Virus record (IMG/VR): IMGVR_UViG_3300045988_153030
Reading direction: 5' to 3' (one strand)
Length of the DNA stretch: 33,942 bases
Origin: a virus
Positions within the stretch are counted from its first letter, which is position 1, and each line of letters begins with the position of its first letter. The notes beneath the pieces are model-generated. The model was not told the DNA's origin and did no database searches. It worked only from the letters and a program-made list of their open reading frames with translations. The position numbers and the translations under genes were made by a program. Below are positions 23,700 through 32,638 of the stretch, piece after piece.

Positions 23700-24786
23700 C
23701 AAGAAGAAAATATCGCTGTCCTTCGCAGCTCTGAGCCCGTACATCGAGCAGTCGATTATCTCACCCAGGGAGGAGAAGTATCCCGGCCGGGAGTTCATCC
23801 AGTGGGGGGACCGTAACGCATACCCCGACTACCTCGAAGAGCTCTGCGAGAATGTCGCATCGCTGCAGAGCATCATCGACGGGTCGGCCGACTATGTCTG
23901 CGGCGAGCGCGTCAACGTGTCGAAAGCCCTGCAAGGTCAGTACATGAACCTGAAGAAGCAGACAGCCGACGACCTGGTCCGTGACTTGGCCGTCTCGTTC
24001 TTCACCTACGGAGGATTCGCCGTGCAGGTGATCCGCAGCAAGAGCGGCGACATCGCCGAGCTGTACGCCATGGACATGAAGAATCTGCGCTGCGACAAGG
24101 ACAACGAAGTCTTCTACTACTCGGAGACGTGGAATCGCCGCTTCTCCATGGTCAAGACGCTCGTGTATCCGAAGTTCATCCCGGATGCGAGAAGCGTCCC
24201 GTCCTCTGTGCTGTTCGTCAAGAACACGGCATACCACACCTACCCGCGGCCCAAGTATGCCGCCTGCCTCAAAGCCTGCGAGATCGAGAGAAGCATCGAC
24301 GAATATCACCTGAACTCCATCAACAACGGGTTCATGGGATCAGTCCTTGTGAACTTCAATAACGGAGCCCCCACGGACGAGGAGCAGGAGGAGGTCGAGA
24401 AGGGCATCAACGAGAAGTTCGCCGGTAAGAACAACGCTGGGCGTATCATCATTGCATACAACGACACGAAGGAGAACGCCACGACGATCGAGAGCATCGA
24501 CGTGCCCGATTACGGCGATCGCTACGACTCCCTCGCCAAACGAAGCCGTCAGCAGATCTTCACGGCCTTCCGGGCCAACCCGAATCTGTTCGGCATCCCG
24601 ACGGAGAACTTGGGATTCTCGCAGGAGGAGTACGACGCCGCCTTCAGACTTTACAACCGGACGCAGATCAGGCCGGTGCAGAAGCTCATCTGCAGATCCA
24701 TCGGCAAAATCTTCGGCGACCAGAACTATATGACGATCGAACCTTTTACACTTGCGCAAAATGGCAGAAGTTCTACTGACATCTGA
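23689..24786 (+). CDS. portal protein
   Basis: ATG at 23689 (MADDKKKISLSF...). The blocks WGDRNAYPDYLEEL...SLQSIIDG, FFTYGGFAVQV, KFAGKNNAGRIII and FGIPTENLGFSQEEYD match my memory of Phage_portal-type proteins. Confidence 0.6.
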   Translation: MADDKKKISLSFAALSPYIEQSIISPREEKYPGREFIQWGDRNAYPDYLEELCENVASLQSIIDGSADYVCGERVNVSKALQGQYMNLKKQTADDLVRDLAVSFFTYGGFAVQVIRSKSGDIAELYAMDMKNLRCDKDNEVFYYSETWNRRFSMVKTLVYPKFIPDARSVPSSVLFVKNTAYHTYPRPKYAACLKACEIERSIDEYHLNSINNGFMGSVLVNFNNGAPTDEEQEEVEKGINEKFAGKNNAGRIIIAYNDTKENATTIESIDVPDYGDRYDSLAKRSRQQIFTAFRANPNLFGIPTENLGFSQEEYDAAFRLYNRTQIRPVQKLICRSIGKIFGDQNYMTIEPFTLAQNGRSSTDI

Positions 24787-25306
24787 GGAGTTCGTGAAGA
24801 GCATCTCGAACATCAGCGACAACCTCGCCGGGAAGTATATGCTGCCGGCTATCCGCGAGGCGCAGGAGATCAACCTCCGGGAGATCCTCGGCGATGCCCT
24901 CACGGACAAATTGAAGGAGATCGTGGAATCGGGGCAGGCGAATAACCCCGAGAACACGATATACAAGGAGCTAATCGAGGTCTCGCAATACTTCCTCGCC
25001 TATCAGACGATCGCGGGGCTGCCCTACAAGGTGGGATACAAGATTGGAAACATCGGCGTAGCGAAGACTACCGACACCAACGTGCAGGGTAGTACGCTTG
25101 CCGAGATCTCGAATATCCAGAAATACTACCAGAACAAAGCGGACTTCTACGCGGCCAAGATCCAGCGTTTCGCCTTGGAACATCACTCGCAGCTACCCGA
25201 ACTCACAGAGAACGACTGCTACCATATTCGAAAGAACCTTCACAGCTCCGCAACGTGCAGCATCTGGCTGGGCGGCGCTCGTGGCAAAATATACGGAAAG
25301 AAATGA
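24761..25306 (+). CDS. possible head-tail connector protein
   Basis: 181 aa from the ATG at 24761, immediately after the portal gene. Helical N-terminus. Confidence 0.35.
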   Translation: MAEVLLTSEEFVKSISNISDNLAGKYMLPAIREAQEINLREILGDALTDKLKEIVESGQANNPENTIYKELIEVSQYFLAYQTIAGLPYKVGYKIGNIGVAKTTDTNVQGSTLAEISNIQKYYQNKADFYAAKIQRFALEHHSQLPELTENDCYHIRKNLHSSATCSIWLGGARGKIYGKK

Positions 25307-26586
25307 CGCTCGAAGAAACAATCCGCACGCTTGAAGCCGTCGCCCTGCAACAGCAGAGCGTGGCGATGGTCATCGACAACGACATCTTCAAGCTCAACAC
25401 CATCCCCAATGCCAAATATGCGGTGTTCGCTTACACGCAGGGCGAGCATCTGACCAGCGTGAGCGGGGATTTGGCAACATACCGGCTGACCCTGTTCTAT
25501 GTCGACCGACTGCTGGCCGACAAGAGCAATCAGACGCAGATCCAAAGCACGGGGACGCAGGTGCTCCGCAATATCCTGACGATGATGTCAGAGTTGGACT
25601 TCCAGGTAGACAATATGCCGATCCAGCCCTTCACCCAGCAGTTCGTAGACGAATGCGCCGGAGTGTACTGCGCCGTGTCTATCGGAGCCGCCAATGGCTG
25701 CGAGTGTATGCCGGGATTTACGGAGGTTCTCCGCAAGCTGAATGCGGCGACCGATAAAGCCAATGAGGCGGCAGACCGAGCGAATGCCCTTGCCGACAAC
25801 CCTCCCAAAATCGTGCTCAACGATCAAGGCTATTTCTGGGCGTTCTACGACGAGGACACGAAGCAGTATGTGGTTTCGGAATATCCGGCTCGCGGTGACA
25901 AGGGTGACAAGGGAGACAAAGGCGACACCGGTCCGCAGGGCGAGCAAGGACCGCAAGGAGAGCAGGGAGAACAAGGCCCTATCGGTCCGGAAGGGCCTAT
26001 GGGTCCCCAAGGCCCGGGAGGTCCCCAAGGTCCGCAGGGCGAGAAGGGAGACACCGGAGAAACGGGTCCGCAGGGCCCCAAGGGTGACACTCCAGTTTTG
26101 ACGGCTAATCCGGACGGCACAATCCTCTCCGACGGTGTGGTGCTGACGGACGTCCTGAAGGTTGCCGCGAAAAATTCGGACACGCAGACGGCACGGGTCG
26201 AGGAGCTGGCCGACAATCCGCCCAAGATTGTAGAGGTCGACGGCATGGCCTATTGGGCGTTCTACGACCTTGAAACAGAGCAGTACGTGACCTCGCAGTA
26301 CCGGGCAGACGACGGCACTATCGTGCAGCAGGTCGAGGGTTCTGCCGTTTCATTGGATGTCAAGGGCGGAACGATGTACGTCTGCGGCGAGCTGACTTCG
26401 CTGACAATTGCAAGCGTCGAGAACTCGACGAAGCCATCGATCATCCGCTTCACGTCGGGTGCTACGGCTGCGCAGTTCTCCTCCCCGGATGACTTCAACA
26501 TCACGGGCTGGACGAAACCCGAGGAGAACAAGAGTTACACCATCTGCATCCTGTTCGGTGCAGGCAATATGACCTACGATGAATAG
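25303..26586 (+). CDS. collagen-like fibre protein
   Basis: ATG at 25303 overlaps the previous stop. It has 22 uninterrupted G-X-Y triplets flanked by duplicated ADNPPKIV...WAFYD...YV modules. Confidence 0.7.
   Translation: MTLEETIRTLEAVALQQQSVAMVIDNDIFKLNTIPNAKYAVFAYTQGEHLTSVSGDLATYRLTLFYVDRLLADKSNQTQIQSTGTQVLRNILTMMSELDFQVDNMPIQPFTQQFVDECAGVYCAVSIGAANGCECMPGFTEVLRKLNAATDKANEAADRANALADNPPKIVLNDQGYFWAFYDEDTKQYVVSEYPARGDKGDKGDKGDTGPQGEQGPQGEQGEQGPIGPEGPMGPQGPGGPQGPQGEKGDTGETGPQGPKGDTPVLTANPDGTILSDGVVLTDVLKVAAKNSDTQTARVEELADNPPKIVEVDGMAYWAFYDLETEQYVTSQYRADDGTIVQQVEGSAVSLDVKGGTMYVCGELTSLTIASVENSTKPSIIRFTSGATAAQFSSPDDFNITGWTKPEENKSYTICILFGAGNMTYDE
25894..26091 (+). repeat. collagen triple-helix repeat (22 G-X-Y triplets)
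   Basis: [66 protein letters not shown]. Confidence 0.95.
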
Positions 26587-27328
26587 CCTGCTGTATTACT
26601 ACAACAACGTGCAGAAGATGGCCGCATATCAGCAGGCCAAGCGGATGCAGCGCGGGGTTCTCACGGCGCAAGGCGGATTCTCGACAAAGGATCCGGCCTT
26701 GCTTCAAGTGCCGTGCACGATCCGGTGCGTGTTTGTAATAAGAAATTTCGATACGTTACAGACACCTTTCACAACGACAGGAGGTTCTATTTCTCCAAGA
26801 ATTAATATCAGTACAAAAGGCAGAATGAGTATCTCTATTGGTTTAGGAGGAATAACCATTGACGCTGAATTGGACAAAATATATAATATCGTATTTGTCG
26901 TTGAGAATAATGTTCAAAAAGCATACTTGGGAGGAGATTTTATTGCAAGCAGCGATAAGTATGTACTTAATAATTTATTTGAATATTATATAGGGGCGTT
27001 TGAAAACAACCTTGATAGATTTCAAGGAGACTATCTCCTGCACCAGCACTTCAACTACACCATGAGTGCTGACGAGGTGAAGGCCCTCGACAACAACGGA
27101 GACCCGATGGGGTACGTCGTGCCGAAGGCGAAAAGGGACGGACTGCTTGCGGAATACCTTCCGCAGAATCTGATGTACGGTCGGGACGACAAGACGATCG
27201 CAACCTCATGGCTCGACAGCGCGAAGCAGTTGCCTCTGTCGGACGAGTATATGGAGCCGCTGTTTCAGTCGATCGGCGGCTACGACATGGCGGCAAACGG
27301 CGCGCCGGAGATCCTCTACAACGAATAA
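26579..27328 (+). CDS. tail-associated protein with a lectin/LamG-like central domain
   Basis: 249 aa. The central part (26731-27035) is very AT-rich and encodes [34 protein letters not shown], a LamG-like pattern. Confidence 0.45.
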   Translation: MNSLLYYYNNVQKMAAYQQAKRMQRGVLTAQGGFSTKDPALLQVPCTIRCVFVIRNFDTLQTPFTTTGGSISPRINISTKGRMSISIGLGGITIDAELDKIYNIVFVVENNVQKAYLGGDFIASSDKYVLNNLFEYYIGAFENNLDRFQGDYLLHQHFNYTMSADEVKALDNNGDPMGYVVPKAKRDGLLAEYLPQNLMYGRDDKTIATSWLDSAKQLPLSDEYMEPLFQSIGGYDMAANGAPEILYNE

Positions 27329-27343
27329 CAACCAGCAATCGCT

Positions 27344-28026
27344 ATGCAATACGCAAAACTTGAAAACGGATATTTGATCCAGGCCCCCGGCGAGGTACGG
27401 CAGGACGGAATGGTCATCATGAACCCCGGGCCGGAGATCCTCGGTCCGATGGGGTACAAACCCGTGGAATACACGGAGCGCCCGGAGATCACGACGCCGG
27501 GCAATGAACTACGGGAAGTTTACGCCGACAACGGCGACCGCATCACGGTGACGTGGGAGGAGTACACCCCGGAACCGGAGCCTGAATTGCCGGAGCCTAT
27601 TCCCGACACGACGATCCGGCAGGTGGCCATGTTTGCTACGATGGCGGTGAATACGATGTCACTATCCGACGAGCAGTCGCTGGATATCAAGGACCTCTAT
27701 CCCGAATGGGCGTCGTTCATCGGCAAGTCGCTCACAGCCGGATTCAAAGTGCTCTACGAAGGACGGCTCTACAAGGTGCGCCAGCAGATTGCCACGGTGC
27801 TGGAGAATCAGGCGCCGTCAGAACTTACCGCCGCACTCTACGAGGAGATCAACGAGACGGCGGCTGGCACGCTGGAGGACCCGATTCCGTACAACGGGAA
27901 CATGGAGTTGTTCGAGGGCAAATACTACTCGCAGAACGGCTGACCTACAAGTGCACCCGCTCCACGGGGCAGGCGGTGTATCACGATTTGAGCGCGCTGG
28001 TGGGGATTTACGTTGAAAAGGTGTGA
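27344..28026 (+). CDS. tail-associated protein with two carbohydrate-binding-like repeats. The annotated ORF stops at 27943 and continues in the -1 frame.
   Basis: The zero frame ends ...FEGKYYSQNG-TGA. The -1 frame from 27940 reads LTYKCTRSTGQAVYHDLSALVGIYVEKV-TGA (28024-28026), with 23 of 28 G/C-ending codons by hand count. This closes an 88-nt gap. Confidence 0.5.
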
Positions 28027-28031
28027 AGACT

Positions 28032-28304
28032 ATGAAACGAATTTTCGACAAAATCGTCGGCTGGCTGAACGGCATTGACGCCGACAAGTACAAGCACCAG
28101 GCGCTGGGGTCGGACATCGCGGCCGTGGTCCTGCTGGCTGTGACGTTTTTCGTTCCCAAATGGCTGGCGCTGACGGCCTCGGTCGTGGCGGTATCCGTGG
28201 CGGCCGTCGGCAAGGAGAAGGCCGACGAGCAGGCCGACATCCAGGACATCGTAGCGACATGTCTCGGCGGGCTCGCAGTATGGATCACCTTTCTAATCGG
28301 ATAG
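28032..28304 (+). CDS. holin-like membrane protein
   Basis: 90 aa from the ATG at 28032 with three hydrophobic segments, at the start of the lysis block. Confidence 0.45.
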   Translation: MKRIFDKIVGWLNGIDADKYKHQALGSDIAAVVLLAVTFFVPKWLALTASVVAVSVAAVGKEKADEQADIQDIVATCLGGLAVWITFLIG

Positions 28305-28308
28305 CGAT

Positions 28309-28680
28309 ATGGATTGGGGCACGATTATCGTATCACTGGGCGGGGCACTGTTGACGGGCGGCGGGTTCATGTCGCTGCTATACTATCGAGAGAATCGCCG
28401 GGCCAAGCAGATCGACAACGAGAAATCAGTCGTTGACGAGTGGCAGGAATTGGCGAATGAACGCAAGCTCCGTTGCGACGAGCTCAAAGAATCTCTCGAC
28501 CGTAAGGACGCGAAGATCGATGCGCTGTACAAGGAGAATGCCGATCTTCGAAAGCGAAACGACAAATTGTCGTCAGCAAATACGGCTCTTTCCATACTCA
28601 AGTGTAAGGTTATCAGCTGCGACAAGCGGCAGCCTCCGTTCGGAAAGGGCGAGAACGCGAATATCGAAAACATTCAATAA
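28309..28680 (+). CDS. N-terminally anchored coiled-coil protein (lysis accessory or spanin-like)
   Basis: TM segment IIVSLGGALLTGGGFMSLLYY followed by a charged coiled coil. Confidence 0.4.
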   Translation: MDWGTIIVSLGGALLTGGGFMSLLYYRENRRAKQIDNEKSVVDEWQELANERKLRCDELKESLDRKDAKIDALYKENADLRKRNDKLSSANTALSILKCKVISCDKRQPPFGKGENANIENIQ

Positions 28681-28691
28681 AATATCAGATT

Positions 28692-28880
28692 ATGACAAAG
28701 ACAACGAAGAAGATTATGATTATCGCAGGCGCAGCGGTGGCGCTGATCGTGGCGTTCAACCTGCTGCCGGACGGCATCCGCATCGCCTCGACGATCTCCG
28801 CGGGCGTCGGCTTCGTGGCCGGCATCGCCGCCAAGGTGTGGTATGACCACGAAACCAAAGAGGAGGAGCCGTCATGCTGA
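28692..28880 (+). CDS. small two-TM protein (holin or antiholin-like)
   Basis: 62 aa with IMIIAGAAVALIVAF and ISAGVGFVAGIAA. Overlaps the amidase start by 7 nt. Confidence 0.45.
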   Translation: MTKTTKKIMIIAGAAVALIVAFNLLPDGIRIASTISAGVGFVAGIAAKVWYDHETKEEEPSC

Positions 28881-29485
28881 AGATCCTCCTGGACAACGGA
28901 CACGGCGAGGAGACGCCCGGCAAGTGCTCGCCCGTGTGGCCGGACGGATCGTGCCTGCGCGAGTATGAGTTCGCCCGGGACATCGTGCGCCGGGTCTTCG
29001 ATCGGCTGCACGCCCGGGGCGTCGTGGCGGAGATCATCGTCCCGGAGCTCCGCGATGTGCCGCTGTACGTGAGGGCCAACCGGGTGAACGGCATCTGCGA
29101 CGTCGCCGGGAAGTCGAACTGCCTGCTGGTGTCGGTCCACGCCAACGCCGGCGGCGGCACCGGCTGGGAGGCTCACACCTGCCTGGGCGATTCGATGTCG
29201 GACCGCTATTCGGCCCTCTTCTACGAGAAGGCCGGGGAGGCGTTCGGCAAGGAGTGGAAGATTCGGAAGGGGAACGCCGACCCCGCCGACCCCGACTGGG
29301 ACAGCAACTTCGCAATCCTGCACGACACGAAATGCCCGGCCGTACTGACCGAGAACTTCTTCATGGATAACTGGAACGACTGCCGGTTCCTGCTCTCGGA
29401 GGAGGGCCGCGAGCGGATCGCCGCGATGCACGTCGAGGCGATCCTGGCCTGCATCGACTACCATCAAACGCACGCCGACAGATGA
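28874..29485 (+). CDS. N-acetylmuramoyl-L-alanine amidase (Amidase_3-type endolysin)
   Basis: LLDNGHGEETPGK, LVSVHANAGGG and VLTENFFMDN match the zinc-ligand blocks of MurNAc-LAA amidases. Confidence 0.85.
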   Translation: MLKILLDNGHGEETPGKCSPVWPDGSCLREYEFARDIVRRVFDRLHARGVVAEIIVPELRDVPLYVRANRVNGICDVAGKSNCLLVSVHANAGGGTGWEAHTCLGDSMSDRYSALFYEKAGEAFGKEWKIRKGNADPADPDWDSNFAILHDTKCPAVLTENFFMDNWNDCRFLLSEEGRERIAAMHVEAILACIDYHQTHADR

Positions 29486-30057
29486 GTAAATGGATCCCTG
29501 CAGCGATTGTCCTGGTCGCCACCTTCCTCGGAGGGTGGTGGCTGGGACGATACGTCTCCCGGTCGGAGACGGTCGAGCGGGTGCGGGTCAATACGGTGTT
29601 CTACGAACGCCCGCGGCCGTTCGCGGTGACGGAACGTCCGGTGGCGGTGAATGTGCCGCGGATGCTCTTTGCTCCGGCCGATACGGTGGAACGGACGGTC
29701 GTTGTGGGCGACAGCGTGCCGGTGACAGTCACCGTCCGCACGTTGGAGTACCGGGATTCGACGTACTACGCCCGGATTGTCGGGCCGAGTGTGGGGCCGC
29801 TGGGTCCCCGGCTCGATTTCATCGAGACCTACAACAGGACGGTCGAGCGGGTGCAGTTCGTCCGCGAACCTTATACCTGGGAACTGGGCCCCGCGCTGGG
29901 AGCCTGGATGACCCGGGATGGCAGCGGGGTGTGGGCCGGGGCCTACGCCCGACGCACATTCGGCCGATTCAGCGTGTCGGCCTCGGCGGGATACGACGCC
30001 CGCAACAAGAGCCCCTTCGGCCAGATCGAGGCCGGCGTGGCGCTGTGGAGACGGTAG
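29482..30057 (+). CDS. membrane-anchored beta-rich protein at the end of the lysis cassette
   Basis: N-terminal TM segment IPAAIVLVATFLGGWWL. The C-terminus has alternating-pattern strands ending in W-R-R. Confidence 0.4.
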   Translation: MSKWIPAAIVLVATFLGGWWLGRYVSRSETVERVRVNTVFYERPRPFAVTERPVAVNVPRMLFAPADTVERTVVVGDSVPVTVTVRTLEYRDSTYYARIVGPSVGPLGPRLDFIETYNRTVERVQFVREPYTWELGPALGAWMTRDGSGVWAGAYARRTFGRFSVSASAGYDARNKSPFGQIEAGVALWRR

Positions 30058-30226
30058 GTTCTGCCGTCTATGGTATCAATTAGCTTCGGTGTGCTTCTAT
30101 CGCCGAACTCGGGAGTTCTTCCCATCAGAGAATAATTCATACACTCATATCAATTCAATGCGAAATTCCCGGGGTGAAACATGCTCACCTCGGGACCCTT
30201 TGCATGGGAATATTTTATCCAACTTT

Positions 30227-31045
30227 ATGGCAATCATGAAAACCCCTATCTCTTACTACGGAGGAAAGCAGTCCATGCTGAAGCACATCCTTCCGCTTGT
30301 CCCGCCGCATCAGCTCTACACGGAGGCATTCTGCGGCGGGGCCGCCGTCCTCTTTGCCAAGCGCCCGGCCGAAGCAGAAGTTATCAATGACCTCAATATG
30401 GAGTTGACAAACTTCTATTGGTGCGCAAAGATGTATTTTCAGGACCTGAAACGTGAAATAGAGAGGACGTTGCACAGCCGCGATGTTCATGCTCATGCCG
30501 CACATATCAATGCCCATCCGCAGTTTTTCACTCCGGTCGAGCGGGCGTGGGCCGTGTGGGCACTTTGCAAGATGTCGTTCGCTTCGATGCTTGACGGAAC
30601 ATTCGGCTACGACTTCAGCGGTGCCATGCCCGAAAAGGTGCGCAATGCCAAGCTGGATTTTACCGAACGCCTGTGCAGGCGCCTGGAGCACGTTACGCTC
30701 GAAAGCCGCAATGCGCTCGATGTGATTGCCTGCTACGACAAACCCGAGGCCTTCCACTTTGTCGACCCTCCCTACGTCAATTCAGACTGCGGGCATTATG
30801 AAGGGGTCTTTTCCGAGCAGAATCTCGAACAGTTGCTGCAGCTGCTGGAGACGGTCAAGGGCCGTTTCATGCTTACCATGTACCCGTTCCCATCCATCGA
30901 AACGCATGCACGGAAAAACGGATGGCGCATCCATGCGGTTCAGCTTACCATCAGTGTGGCGAAATCGAATCGTCGCCGGCAGGAGGAGTGGATTGTCTGC
31001 AATTACGAATCGACGGAACAGACTACACTGTTTGGAGCGATTTGA
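30227..31045 (+). CDS. dam: Dam-type (D12 class) N6-adenine DNA methyltransferase
   Basis: PISYYGGKQSML, TEAFCGGAAV and FVDPPYV. The start is set at the ATG at 30227, because the track's 29918 start runs through the previous gene. Confidence 0.85.
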   Translation: MAIMKTPISYYGGKQSMLKHILPLVPPHQLYTEAFCGGAAVLFAKRPAEAEVINDLNMELTNFYWCAKMYFQDLKREIERTLHSRDVHAHAAHINAHPQFFTPVERAWAVWALCKMSFASMLDGTFGYDFSGAMPEKVRNAKLDFTERLCRRLEHVTLESRNALDVIACYDKPEAFHFVDPPYVNSDCGHYEGVFSEQNLEQLLQLLETVKGRFMLTMYPFPSIETHARKNGWRIHAVQLTISVAKSNRRRQEEWIVCNYESTEQTTLFGAI

Positions 31046-31637
31046 TGTAGTCGAGTACCGTGCGGTTCGCTCGGTCGACCTTTGTCCAGTCGTAGGAGAT
31101 GTAGAACTTCCCGGCGATTGAGGTGTCGACGTGTCCCAGCCCCTTGCTGATTTCCTTTTCCGAAATGCCGAGTTTGTCGGCCAGTGTCGCCCAGGTGTAG
31201 CGTGCCCAGTAGAAGGTCAGCCCCTCGATTCCGAGCTCCTTCGCAATATGACGGAGCGCCCGCTGTACCTGATGGATGAAGGTGTCGTAGGTGGCCCGCT
31301 CTTCGATGAATCGCAGAACGTGCTCTGCACCGGCATATCGTGCAATTATTTCGGCAGCCTCCGGCTGGACGAGAATCGACACCGGGTTGATGTTTTTCCC
31401 CGAGGTTTTCGTCCGGACGAAATGGGCTCGGCCGTCACGCAGTCGGTCGAGGTGGTACAAGTCAACGAGATTCATGCCGCACATGTAGAACGACAGCAGG
31501 AAGAGGTCCCGGGCTGTTCGGCGGAAGGGGTAGGGCGTATCGTAGGCAATCAGTCGCTGAAGCTGCTCTTCGGTGAGCGCCTCCTTGTCTTTGCGGGAGG
31601 AGGCGATTTTGAATTTGCGGAAGGGGTAGTATTCCAA
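31023..31637 (-). pseudogene. tyrosine recombinase (integrase) remnant, catalytic domain only
   Basis: LTFYWARYTWAT (HxxR-type box), GLGHVDTSIAGKFY (His and Tyr box). The expected first Arg reads CGMN. There is no N-terminal DNA-binding half. The only start is TTG and there is no upstream ATG before the in-frame stop. Confidence 0.6.
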
Positions 31638-31686
31638 TTTATTATTAGGCAGATAAGTAATGATATGTAATATTTATCGTCAAAAA

Positions 31687-31718
31687 TTTGCTTTTAATGA
31701 TAAATAATGATATATTTG
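31687..31718 (+). promoter_or_regulatory. Bacteroidota-type promoter for the rightward regulator block
   Basis: TTTG at 31687-31690, a 20-nt spacer, then TATATTTG at 31711-31718, in a very AT-rich intergenic region. Confidence 0.5.
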
Positions 31719-31812
31719 CGATGTACAATAAATCGTACAACAAAAGTACGAATCATTGGGCAATTCAATGTGTAAAGATTTACAAAAAATCGGACAAAAG
31801 CAAATAGCGAAG

Positions 31813-32052
31813 ATGGATTTTGACAAAAGAAATCCCGACAACTCCTTCACCAAGGGGATCCGCGAGGTGGCTGCACGCGACCGCCGCGAAGCTGCCGAGG
31901 TGCGTATGGAGATCCGTGAGGTCCTCGGCAATTTGAGCCGCTCGGCCTACTATTACCGGCAGTGGGGTATTACGCCGCATTCGCCGATCGAGCGGAGCGG
32001 CATCGAGACGATCTTCCGTCGCCATCAGGTGACGCAACCCTGGGGTCTATGA
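31813..32052 (+). CDS. hypothetical small regulator-like protein
   Basis: ATG at 31813 (MDFDKRNPDNSF...), with ATGA overlap to the next gene. Confidence 0.45.
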   Translation: MDFDKRNPDNSFTKGIREVAARDRREAAEVRMEIREVLGNLSRSAYYYRQWGITPHSPIERSGIETIFRRHQVTQPWGL

Positions 32053-32402
32053 AACGCGATGCAGACAGCCTCTCGCCGGCCGAGACCCGAGTGATGCGGG
32101 CGGTGATCGAGACCCGCGGCGGGAATATCTCCCGCATTGCCGAAGCGCTGCACGTGACCTACCAGGCCGTGGCCAACACGCTGTCGGTGATGTACGACAA
32201 GCTGCAAGGGGAGTTGGACGGCAACCGGACCATCCAGGCATTGGTCGTCTGGTACTACCGGTCCGATCTCGGGCGACGCATCGGAGCCGCCTGTCTGCTG
32301 GGGCTGTTCTGCACCTATGTGTTCAGCGGCGGGGAGTTCGAGCGAACAGTGCGCCGGGCTCGCCGGGGACGCCGTGAAACGATTGAATACATCATAGAAT
32401 AG
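32049..32402 (+). CDS. LuxR/GerE-type HTH protein with a C-terminal hydrophobic segment
   Basis: LSPAETRVMRAVIETRGGNISRIAEALHVTYQAVANTLSVMYDKL, followed by IGAACLLGLFCTYVF. Confidence 0.5.
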   Translation: MKRDADSLSPAETRVMRAVIETRGGNISRIAEALHVTYQAVANTLSVMYDKLQGELDGNRTIQALVVWYYRSDLGRRIGAACLLGLFCTYVFSGGEFERTVRRARRGRRETIEYIIE

Positions 32403-32408
32403 AGCGAT

Positions 32409-32636
32409 ATGAAAGTCAAGTTAGACCGGGAAGTTCCGGTTCTCTACCTCAAAGGTAGCGAGGAACTCGGGCGTGCGACCGGCATCACCAGCGAGAAGAC
32501 GCACGCGAAATGGCGAAGCGAGGGGCTCAAATACCTCGTCATGGGCGACGGGACCTTCCTCTATGATCCGCGGGAGGTGACGAAGTTCCTGAATCGCTTC
32601 TATGCGCCGCAGCAGTTGAAAGAATCATTAACCTAA
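32409..32636 (+). CDS. excisionase/MerR-like HTH (HTH_17-like) protein
   Basis: ELGRATGITSEKTHAKWRSEGLKYLVMGDGTFLYDPREVTKFL. Confidence 0.5.
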   Translation: MKVKLDREVPVLYLKGSEELGRATGITSEKTHAKWRSEGLKYLVMGDGTFLYDPREVTKFLNRFYAPQQLKESLT

Positions 32637-32638
32637 CC

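Noticed and set aside
25760-26320. Duplicated segments around the collagen tract, considered as a template/variable repeat pair of a diversity-generating retroelement.
   Set aside because: No reverse transcriptase (YxDD) ORF exists anywhere in the genome. The differences are not adenine-specific, and both copies are in-frame parts of one protein.
29918-30226. The 5' extension of the Dam ORF (the track starts at 29918), and the overlapping ORF 29490..30083.
   Set aside because: The extension runs through the preceding gene and an intergenic region and is Arg/Pro/Ala-rich. Dam homologues start close to the GGK motif, so the ATG at 30227 is used.
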